Positions 17,091 through 24,000 of a stretch of 24,000 nucleotides of DNA are shown here, piece after piece. The translations under genes and the position numbers were made by a program. The DNA is from Pseudovibrio sp. Tun.PSC04-5.I4 (lineage in GTDB: Bacteria > Pseudomonadota > Alphaproteobacteria > Rhizobiales > Stappiaceae): the NCBI RefSeq assembly GCF_900104145.1, contig NZ_FNLB01000001.1, forward strand, positions 536,823-560,822, read 5' to 3'. The notes below the pieces were generated by a model, which did no database searches, was not told the origin of the DNA, and worked only from the letters and a program-made list of their open reading frames with translations. Within the stretch, counting starts at the first letter, position 1. Every line of letters starts with the position of its first letter.

Positions 17091-18406
17091 TGGATCCACT
17101 CGCCCTTGGAGGGCTGGTCGCATTAGCCACCATCCTTGTTCTATTTTCCGGTATTTCAGTTGCCTTGGGACTTCTCATTGTTTCCGCTGGCTTTCTCCTC
17201 GCCTTTGATGGGATGCGCTCATTGGAGCTCATGCCAGAAATCTTATTCGGAAAGCTTGATAATTTTGCTCTGCTTTCAATCCCCATGTTCATCATAATGG
17301 GATCTTCCATTGCCTCCACACGAGCAGGCGCAGACCTTTATGAGGCGTTGGAGCGCTGGCTGACACGGTTGCCAGGAGGCCTCGTTATTTCCAACCTCGG
17401 TGCCTGCGCTCTGTTTGCAGCAATGTCAGGGTCTTCACCGGCAACGTGTGCGGCCATCGGCAAGATGGGCATTCCTGAGATGCGCAAGCGCGGGTATCCA
17501 GACGGTGTTGCTGCTGGATCAATCGCTGCAGGTGGCACGCTCGGAATTCTCATTCCCCCCTCCGTGACTATGATCGTTTATGGCATCGCAACTGAAACAT
17601 CTATTGGCCGTCTCTTCCTTGCCGGGGTCATTCCGGGTCTGTTGCTTGTTGGCCTGTTTATGGCGTGGTCGCTGTATTCCACATGGCGTTCTGGCGATGC
17701 ATCCAGACTGAGCTCAGGCAGTTACAGTTGGGCCGAACGCTTTGAAATTCTGCCCCGTGTTGTTCCCTTTCTCCTCATAATACTGGGTGTTCTGTATGCA
17801 ATGTATGGAGGTATCGCCACGCCTTCGGAAACGGCTGCGGTAGGTGCGTTGCTGTGTTTGTTGATTGCCATGATTATCTACAAACTCTGGCATCCCTCAC
17901 AAATCTGGGTGGTTTTGCGTGATAGCACTCGTGAAAGCGTAATGATCCTTTTCATTATTGCAGCAGCTGGTGTGTTTTCTTACATGCTTTCATCATTGTT
18001 CATCACTCAGTCCATCGCGGAATGGATAGGCACGCTGGATGTGAACCGCTGGGTTTTGATGGGTACAGTAAATCTTTTCCTGCTGATTGCTGGCTTCTTC
18101 CTTCCACCGGTTGCCGTAATTTTGATGGCTGCTCCAATCCTTTTGCCAATCATCACAGTTGCGGGATTTGATCCAATTTGGTTTGCCGTTGTGCTGACTA
18201 TCAATATGGAGATTGGTCTGATCTCCCCGCCTGTGGGTCTCAATCTTTACGTCATCAACGGTATAGCTCCGGACATCTCGCTCAAGACTATTTTGACCGG
18301 CTCACTTCCATTTGTTGGATGTATGATATTGGCCATTGTCCTGTTGTGCTTGTTCCCGCAACTCGCGACCTGGTTGCCTGACGTCGTTATGGGGAGGGCA
18401 ATATGA
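17090..18406 (+). CDS. TRAP transporter large permease subunit (DctM family)
   Basis: 438 aa, polytopic. DctM-type blocks (LLSIPMFIIMG, GGLVISNLGACALFAAMSGSSPATCAAIG, GTLGILIPPS). Translationally coupled on both sides. Confidence 0.9.
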   Translation: MDPLALGGLVALATILVLFSGISVALGLLIVSAGFLLAFDGMRSLELMPEILFGKLDNFALLSIPMFIIMGSSIASTRAGADLYEALERWLTRLPGGLVISNLGACALFAAMSGSSPATCAAIGKMGIPEMRKRGYPDGVAAGSIAAGGTLGILIPPSVTMIVYGIATETSIGRLFLAGVIPGLLLVGLFMAWSLYSTWRSGDASRLSSGSYSWAERFEILPRVVPFLLIILGVLYAMYGGIATPSETAAVGALLCLLIAMIIYKLWHPSQIWVVLRDSTRESVMILFIIAAAGVFSYMLSSLFITQSIAEWIGTLDVNRWVLMGTVNLFLLIAGFFLPPVAVILMAAPILLPIITVAGFDPIWFAVVLTINMEIGLISPPVGLNLYVINGIAPDISLKTILTGSLPFVGCMILAIVLLCLFPQLATWLPDVVMGRAI

Positions 18407-19671
18407 GCATATTCGCAGATCTCCTTTCGTCCGTTTTCGAGCGCCGGTTCAAATTCATACTGTCCAAAGAAAAGGATGACCGTTCTCTTGAGGAACTCTG
18501 CACTGAGCTGGTGAGCTCCTCAGGAGAAATCTCGGGTCAAGCTTATGGCCAAAGAATTCTGGCCGGTTTCAAGCAACTCAGCGATGAGGAGAAGCTAAAT
18601 TTCTTCCATCATCTTGCAGGCGCAATGAACATTGACCCGAGTGAAGTGCGAAAAACATTGAGCGCTTATGAGGAGGCTCCCTCCAAGGTGTCGTATGGAG
18701 CCTTCATGAGGGCAGCCGAACCAAACCGGCAAGAGTTGATACGCAGGCTCAACTGGTTGCCCGGTGCGACAGAAGAACTGGTGCGCATGCGCGCTGATCT
18801 TCTCAGGTTAGGTCCCAAGGATCCTCAGCTTCAAGCGCTTGATCTGGACTTTCAGCACCTGTTCCAGTCTTGGTTTAACCGTGGTTTTCTTGTTCTCAGA
18901 CCAATCAACTGGGAAAGTCCCGCACATATTTTGGAAAAGATCACCGAGTATGAAGCTGTTCACGCGATCGACAGTTGGGACGCTTTACGTCAAAGGTTAG
19001 AACCAGAAGACCGGAGATGTTTTGCATTTTTCCATCCTTCAATGCCGGATGAGCCGCTGATTTTTGTCGAGGTTGCCTTAACCAACGGTACGCCCGACTC
19101 GATCCAATCCTTGCTGGCGGAAGATAGAATTTCCATTAGCGCCGATGAAGCAAATACCGCGGTTTTCTATTCCATCTCCAACTGCCAACCCGGACTTGCC
19201 AGTGTTTCTTTTGGCAATTCCCTGATCAAACAGGTTGTTGCAGATTTGTCAGCTGAACTCGCTTCACTGAAAACATTCGTAACCCTGTCTCCTATTCCGA
19301 GGTTGGCAAGTTGGATAAAGGAAACAGCCTCTTCGGCCACGGTGGATTATCAAGAGACATCAAACATTAATGCGTTAGCTGCTCACTATCTTTTGCAGGT
19401 AAAGCGACCAGATGGCACGCCTCACGATCCCGTGGCTCGCTTCCATTTGGGAAATGGCGCCCTTGTCCATATGGTTCACGCCGAGGCTGATACGTCGCCG
19501 AAAGGGCAGTCTCAATCTCTCAGTGCAATGGTGAACTATCTATATGATCTTGATCGCGTTGCTCAAAACCACGAAGCCTTCGCAACAAAAGGTCAGGTTA
19601 TTGCCTCCCCCGAGGTAGTGACTCTCGCAAAAAATGCAGAAAAGCAGCAATATTCAGGAAAGGCAGCTTAA
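18403..19671 (+). CDS. matA: malonyl-CoA decarboxylase
   Basis: 422 aa. MCD-family blocks FFHPSMPDEPLIFVEVAL, FYSISNCQPGLASVSFGNSLIKQV, TLSPIPRL and ARFHLGNGA. The start overlaps the dctM stop (ATGA), with GGGGAGGG upstream. Confidence 0.9.
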   Translation: MSIFADLLSSVFERRFKFILSKEKDDRSLEELCTELVSSSGEISGQAYGQRILAGFKQLSDEEKLNFFHHLAGAMNIDPSEVRKTLSAYEEAPSKVSYGAFMRAAEPNRQELIRRLNWLPGATEELVRMRADLLRLGPKDPQLQALDLDFQHLFQSWFNRGFLVLRPINWESPAHILEKITEYEAVHAIDSWDALRQRLEPEDRRCFAFFHPSMPDEPLIFVEVALTNGTPDSIQSLLAEDRISISADEANTAVFYSISNCQPGLASVSFGNSLIKQVVADLSAELASLKTFVTLSPIPRLASWIKETASSATVDYQETSNINALAAHYLLQVKRPDGTPHDPVARFHLGNGALVHMVHAEADTSPKGQSQSLSAMVNYLYDLDRVAQNHEAFATKGQVIASPEVVTLAKNAEKQQYSGKAA

Positions 19672-21179
19672 TGACTAACCCGCTTTATGACCGTTTGTTT
19701 GGGATACATGCATCCAAAACAACGCCTTTCCTTCATCTGCAAAATGGCGAAGTCATTACGCATGATGACTTTCTTTCAACCACGGCCCAGCTGGCAAACG
19801 TTCTGGTTCAAATCGGATTAAAGCCGGGAGACCGGTTGGCTGCACAGGTTCATAAATCACCACAAGCGCTCGCTCTATATGCCGCATGTGTTCAAGCCGG
19901 GCTCATCTTCTTGCCACTGAACATTGCCTATACTGTTGATGAACTTTCTTATTTCATTGAAAACAGCGGAGCATCGCTGGTTGTCTGCGATAAGGCCAAT
20001 GAAGAAAAATTACGGCCTGTCGCCGGACAGTTCGGCGCCAAACTCCAAACACTGAATGCAGATGGCGGCGGGAGCCTGACAACTCAAGCAAAGACTATGC
20101 CGGCGACCTTTGCAACAGTGGACAGAGACCGGAATGATTTAGCAGCATTCCTCTACACATCAGGCACGACAGGGCGCTCTAAAGGAGCGATGCTGACACA
20201 AGACAATCTCCTTTCCAATGCTGAAACCCTGGTGGATTACTGGAAGTTTACAGCCGATGACGTGCTTTTGCATGCCCTACCGATCTTCCATACGCATGGC
20301 CTGTTTGTGGCAACCAATGTGACGCTGGCAACCGGTGGAAGCATGATCTTTTTGCCAAAGTTTGATCTGGAGGCCATGTTGGAGATGATGCCAAAAGCAA
20401 CCTCTATGATGGGCGTACCGACTTTCTACACCCGCCTTCTTGGAGATGATCGTTTCACCCATGACTTGGCAGCACACATGCGTCTCTTTATCTCTGGCAG
20501 TGCGCCATTGCTTGCTGAAACGCATGTACAGTTCGAAAACCGGACCGGTCATCGCATTTTGGAACGCTATGGCATGACAGAAACCAATATGAATACGTCT
20601 AATCCATACGATGGCGAGCGGCGAGCGGGGACGGTTGGTTTTCCTCTTCCCGGAGTTGAACTCAAGATAACCGAGGCAAGTACCGGAGCGGAGTTACCGC
20701 CAAATACCGTTGGTCAGATAGAGGTGCGCGGGCCAAACGTTTTTAAAGGTTATTGGCAAATGCCGGAAAAGACTGCAACCGAGTTGAGGGAAGACGGTTT
20801 TTTCATTACCGGTGACTTAGGCAAAGTCGATGAAGATGGCTATGTCCACATTGTTGGTCGGAACAAAGATCTTATAATTTCAGGCGGTTACAACATCTAC
20901 CCGAAGGAAATAGAGCTGGTTCTTGACGATCAACCCGGAGTTTTAGAAAGCGCTGTCATTGGAGTACCGCATTCAGATTTCGGTGAGACCGTGATCGGGA
21001 TTATCGTTCCTGAACTCGGGAAAACTCCAGATCTGGATGCGATTATGGCGTCCCTGAAAACGTCACTTGCCCGTTTCAAACATCCACAAAAGTTGCTCCT
21101 CATCGACGAGCTTCCGCGCAATACCATGGGCAAGGTCCAAAAGAACATTCTCAGAGAGAAATTCAACGAAGTTGTTTAA
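19671..21179 (+). CDS. matB: malonyl-CoA synthetase (malonate--CoA ligase)
   Basis: 502 aa. AMP-binding motif YTSGTTGRSKGA, then YGMTE, TGDLG and GGYNIYPKE. N-terminal colinearity with rhizobial MatB as recalled. TAATG overlap with the matA stop. Confidence 0.9.
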   Translation: MTNPLYDRLFGIHASKTTPFLHLQNGEVITHDDFLSTTAQLANVLVQIGLKPGDRLAAQVHKSPQALALYAACVQAGLIFLPLNIAYTVDELSYFIENSGASLVVCDKANEEKLRPVAGQFGAKLQTLNADGGGSLTTQAKTMPATFATVDRDRNDLAAFLYTSGTTGRSKGAMLTQDNLLSNAETLVDYWKFTADDVLLHALPIFHTHGLFVATNVTLATGGSMIFLPKFDLEAMLEMMPKATSMMGVPTFYTRLLGDDRFTHDLAAHMRLFISGSAPLLAETHVQFENRTGHRILERYGMTETNMNTSNPYDGERRAGTVGFPLPGVELKITEASTGAELPPNTVGQIEVRGPNVFKGYWQMPEKTATELREDGFFITGDLGKVDEDGYVHIVGRNKDLIISGGYNIYPKEIELVLDDQPGVLESAVIGVPHSDFGETVIGIIVPELGKTPDLDAIMASLKTSLARFKHPQKLLLIDELPRNTMGKVQKNILREKFNEVV

Positions 21180-21188
21180 TTTGGTCGT

Positions 21189-21221
21189 ATCAGTGAGAGG
21201 GCCACTGCCTATCTCACTGAT
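21189..21221. terminator. 10-bp hairpin between convergent matB and the dehydrogenase small-subunit gene (ATCAGTGAGA-N13-TCTCACTGAT)
   Basis: Read directly. It starts 10 nt after the matB stop and ends 28 nt from the convergent stop at 21249. No strong U-tract on either side. Confidence 0.45.
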
Positions 21222-21248
21222 CTTAGGACAGATCCCAGAATAAGACGA

Positions 21249-21635
21249 TCACGATACCAGACTTGCACAAATAAGCGCCTCTGTACGGCTAACAACCATG
21301 TTATCAATCACCAGACAGTCACCCTCAGCAAAATCAAGGCGGCACTGCTCACCAACGAGCTGGGCTTGTGTAGTAGGGCAATCTACTTGCAATGCACGAA
21401 CCAACAATGGCTTCGCGTTCAGCTCATCTTCAATATACGAAAAGCTTGCATAGCGTTTTGCGTAGCGAACCACTGCTTCCCCAAAGAGCTTCAGCGGTGC
21501 CTTGCTGTTATTGGCAAAGAATGCTGGTGTGTTACGCGGCACAGATCGGCACGCCAATAATGCCCCGCCATAACCTAGGGCTGGTGCTGTAATCAGAGCA
21601 CCTGAGAACATAAGCAAAGAGCGACGATTAATCAT
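21249..21635 (-). CDS. Tat-signal small subunit of a membrane-associated FAD sugar/polyol dehydrogenase complex
   Basis: 128 aa from MINRRSLLMFSGALITAPALG (twin-arginine signal). ATG at 21635 with GAGGAG upstream, 11 nt after the GMC gene stop. The C-terminal ...DFAEGDCLVIDNMVVSRTEALICASL resembles the conserved tail of sorbitol/gluconate dehydrogenase small subunits as recalled. The tracked start at 21731 would overlap the upstream gene. Confidence 0.65.
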   Translation of the reverse strand: MINRRSLLMFSGALITAPALGYGGALLACRSVPRNTPAFFANNSKAPLKLFGEAVVRYAKRYASFSYIEDELNAKPLLVRALQVDCPTTQAQLVGEQCRLDFAEGDCLVIDNMVVSRTEALICASLVS

Positions 21636-21646
21636 ATACGTTCTCC

Positions 21647-23239
21647 TCAAGCCACTGGTGTTTGTGAGAGGTGATCTGAAAGACGAATTGCGAGAGCGAC
21701 AATTGTTAGGGTTGGGTTCGCCGCCCCGCAAGTTGGAAACACGGAACTACCCGCCACATACAAGTTAGCTAATGAATGCAAGCGGCAGTCCTCATCCACA
21801 ACACCTTGTTTAGCCTCGGTATGCATCCGGGTTGTTCCCATGTGATGGTATCCAGTGAAGACCTCAGACAAATCCGTGGGATCAGTGATGCCCAACTGAA
21901 GCCGGCCTAGACCGGCCGCTCCGAATGCTCGTCCGACGATCTTATGGGTCTCGTTTAAGCTTTCCAAATCACTTGTAGCCACACGCCAGTCCAGTGCCGC
22001 GCGCCGCATACCTAATGCATCACGATCATTGGTAAGTGTGACGCGGCTGTCCCGGTTAGGTGCTTGTTCTGCATCCTGACGCAGCAACACATGGCTGATC
22101 TGGTCTCCCTGAAACAACCGGCGTTTAATATTACGAGTGATCCCAACAAATACTGAACTTGGGGATTCCAAAACATTACATGCCCGCTCAGAAAGACGTT
22201 CAGGAACTTCTCCTTGAGCGAAGGTCTTGGCAAGTGTAGAAAACGATAACCAAGCATGATCACGAAAATCATCATTGCGGGCATTGTCTTTCCAAACCAC
22301 CGATAAGAAAGCGGTGTTGTTCAAAAGCCCACGCTCACGCACCAAAGCCGGGTTTACCTTTAACCCAATACGCAGATCTGTCGAATCTGTTGCTTGACTA
22401 TAATAATCGAGGTTTTGACGGTCATCAGACAACATTAAACTGCTGGTTTCGATATTCAGGTGGTCCATAAAATAACGACCTACAAGGTCGTTTTCATTTC
22501 CCAAACCAGCTGATCGCTGTTTATTTGTGGCTAACAATATGCGGGCGTTTTCGATACCCCCACACGCAAGCACGAAACGGGACGCAGCGATCTTTGCCTG
22601 TTTGCCACCAAGTGTTTTAACCGTCAGTTTCTCAACCACATTGTTGCCGTCAGCAAGCTGAATGTCGGTCACATTGGCGTGCAAGATACAGCGTATGTTC
22701 TTTGATGCAGCGATATCATCTTGATAAGTAGTTGCAAAACGTGTGGGAGGGCTTTGCTGATAAACAGAATGGTGTACCAACTCTCCAGGTAAATTGAGTG
22801 CTGCACCCTCTAAGCGCCCGTCCCATTCCTGTTTGCTGTATTTGTATTCTCCCAACTCTAGGTAGAACTGACTGCGTTCGTAAAACGGATCCAGATCTGC
22901 ACGAGCTATGGGCCAACCCGTGTTGCCCGTGCAATCACGCGCTTCAAAATCAATGGGATCGAGCGGTGCGCATTGTCCGGTCCAATGTCCGGTCGTGCCG
23001 CCAAACTGGCGTAACCGTGAATACGAAAGGTCTGTATTAGTGTGCCCCTTCAACGGACCATCATAGAGCTCTTGAGTTTCATCTTCATAACTCAAGCCAC
23101 CAGCCTCAATAAGGATCACTTCTCGATATTTTTTCGAAAGCTCCAGTGCCATCACAATACCGGCTGCTCCAGCGCCGATAATACAAATATCAGTTTCAAA
23201 CGAAGCATTATCTTCAAGATCTTGGAGGTCAAATATCAT
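21647..23239 (-). CDS. FAD-dependent GMC-family oxidoreductase (large subunit)
   Basis: 530 aa. N-terminal FAD-binding motif DICIIGAGAAGIVMALEL...VILIEAGG. C-terminal GMC motifs (HHMGTTRM, NLYVAGSSVFPT.GAANPTLT). Confidence 0.85.
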   Translation of the reverse strand: MIFDLQDLEDNASFETDICIIGAGAAGIVMALELSKKYREVILIEAGGLSYEDETQELYDGPLKGHTNTDLSYSRLRQFGGTTGHWTGQCAPLDPIDFEARDCTGNTGWPIARADLDPFYERSQFYLELGEYKYSKQEWDGRLEGAALNLPGELVHHSVYQQSPPTRFATTYQDDIAASKNIRCILHANVTDIQLADGNNVVEKLTVKTLGGKQAKIAASRFVLACGGIENARILLATNKQRSAGLGNENDLVGRYFMDHLNIETSSLMLSDDRQNLDYYSQATDSTDLRIGLKVNPALVRERGLLNNTAFLSVVWKDNARNDDFRDHAWLSFSTLAKTFAQGEVPERLSERACNVLESPSSVFVGITRNIKRRLFQGDQISHVLLRQDAEQAPNRDSRVTLTNDRDALGMRRAALDWRVATSDLESLNETHKIVGRAFGAAGLGRLQLGITDPTDLSEVFTGYHHMGTTRMHTEAKQGVVDEDCRLHSLANLYVAGSSVFPTCGAANPTLTIVALAIRLSDHLSQTPVA

Positions 23240-23486
23240 TATAAATGTCTTTCATGGCTTTAATGAAAGCAAAATAAACGTGCAACAACCATATAATTAT
23301 CTGGAACTTGGAGTGTTCAACTTACCCAAAAACACCCTGTCAATATTAACATATCATAAATAAAAACAGAGGCCACCGAAATCACATGACACTCGTGTAT
23401 TTGTTAGAGCACCGTTTGGTGGCATGTTGCCATAAGTCTGACTTTGCATCCAACTCGTCCTCACCAAAATTTTAGGTCATAAAAAC

Positions 23487-23503
23487 GGTTCTGTCGCAAA
23501 GTT
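23487..23503. repeat. IS6-family terminal inverted repeat (GGTTCTGTCGCAAAGTT)
   Basis: Matches 12 of 14 positions of the IS6100 terminal repeat GGCTCTGTTGCAAA, and is close to IS26 GGCACTGTTGCAAA (both recalled). It sits 37 nt beyond the transposase stop in the expected orientation, with the outer end at 23487. Confidence 0.6.
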
Positions 23504-23539
23504 TTTAGGGGAATGAGACTTGCCTCTTCCTGAACTTAG

Positions 23540-24000
23540 TTACTCTGGTAGCCTCGCAATAACTGGGAAAACTGACTGTTCCCTTGCGCTGATTTGTCCT
23601 TTGCGGATCATATGAGACACTTCGACACCTCCCAGTCTTGCACTGGCGGAGCGGGAAGTTTTAAACCCGAGCGTCGGCCGAATAATGTTCATGATGAAGC
23701 GATGATCCCGTTCAACGACATCACTGAGAAGTCCTGCTGCAACGTTCCGACCCAGCATATGGCATAATAACACTCGACCGGGACATTCTTACCATTCAAA
23801 CCTATGCCGTATGGCGTGGTACAAGCAAACCGGCAAATGATTGGCGCAGGGTGAAACCTAGACGCGCCGACTTAAGCAGGTCATCGGAAATAAACTCAAA
23901 TAACGCTGCATAGAATTCAGAGAACAGAGGCAAAAATTGGCATCACAGTTCTCAAGAGAATGACAACACTCGGACGCCCTGCGCTCGGGGCTGTTTCATC
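23540..24000 (-). pseudogene. IS6-family (IS26/IS6100-like) transposase, disrupted
   Basis: The open 77-codon tail ...SDVVERDHRFIMNIIRPTLGFKTSRSASARLGGVEVSHMIRKGQ aligns with IS26 ...NNVIECDHGKLKRIIGATLGFKSMKTAYATIKGIEVMRALRKGQ. Upstream there is an in-frame TAA 6 codons before the ORF. The weaker transposase-like signal (..TTPYGIGLNGKNVPVE) sits in another frame that is itself bounded by stops. Confidence 0.6.

Larger units (their letters stand above)
23487..24000 (-). mobile_element. IS6-family insertion sequence, partial (continues past the window end) and apparently decayed
   Basis: Rests on the terminal repeat at 23487-23503 and the transposase C-terminal homology at 23540-23773. IS6 elements are about 0.8-0.9 kb, so the other end would lie beyond 24000. 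Confidence 0.6.

Noticed and set aside
21636-21731. A longer form of the small-subunit ORF overlapping the GMC gene 3' end
   Set aside because: The Tat signal MINRRSLL begins at the ATG at 21635, which has GAGGAG upstream. The extension would bury the signal peptide.
23420-23432. TGGCAtgtTGCCA, superficially sigma54-like, upstream of the GMC gene
   Set aside because: The GG-to-GC spacing is far too short for a -24/-12 promoter. It is just a 5-bp palindrome.
1-24000. A search for CRISPR arrays, tandem repeats, tRNA/rRNA genes, or defence, toxin-antitoxin or phage-like gene sets
   Set aside because: I found none by eye. All long ORFs with support are metabolic, transport or regulatory genes, or the IS remnant. 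I cannot exclude small RNAs or short dispersed repeats without computation.

Overview
The window looks like an ordinary proteobacterial chromosomal segment built from metabolic modules. I cannot name the organism from the sequence. I saw no rRNA, tRNA or CRISPR array, and nothing resembling a defence or toxin system. Modules in order: (1) the 3' end of a TRAP large permease gene plus an L-idonate/sorbitol-dehydrogenase-like Zn-ADH (1-1704). (2) A solitary Wza-type polysaccharide-export lipoprotein gene (2100-3266, minus). (3) A minus-strand tryptophanase cluster, tnaA-tnaB followed by pdxY and ridA (3471-7552). It is preceded by an untracked 34-codon ORF (7842-7946) that carries the W-x3-D-x7-P signature of the TnaC leader peptide. 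(4) A minus-strand beta-oxidation cluster: TetR regulator, acyl-CoA synthetase, thiolase, and enoyl-CoA hydratase/3-hydroxyacyl-CoA dehydrogenase (8643-14379). (5) A malonate utilisation cluster: a GntR regulator divergent from TRAP dctPQM-like genes, malonyl-CoA decarboxylase (matA) and malonyl-CoA synthetase (matB), 14703-21179. (6) A GMC flavoprotein dehydrogenase with a Tat-signal small subunit (21249-23239, minus). (7) The end of a decayed IS6-family element that runs off the window (23487-24000). The most interesting item is the candidate tnaC-like leader and the tnaCAB-pdxY-ridA arrangement. Everything else is conventional. Most long ORFs on the opposite strand of these genes are shadow ORFs.
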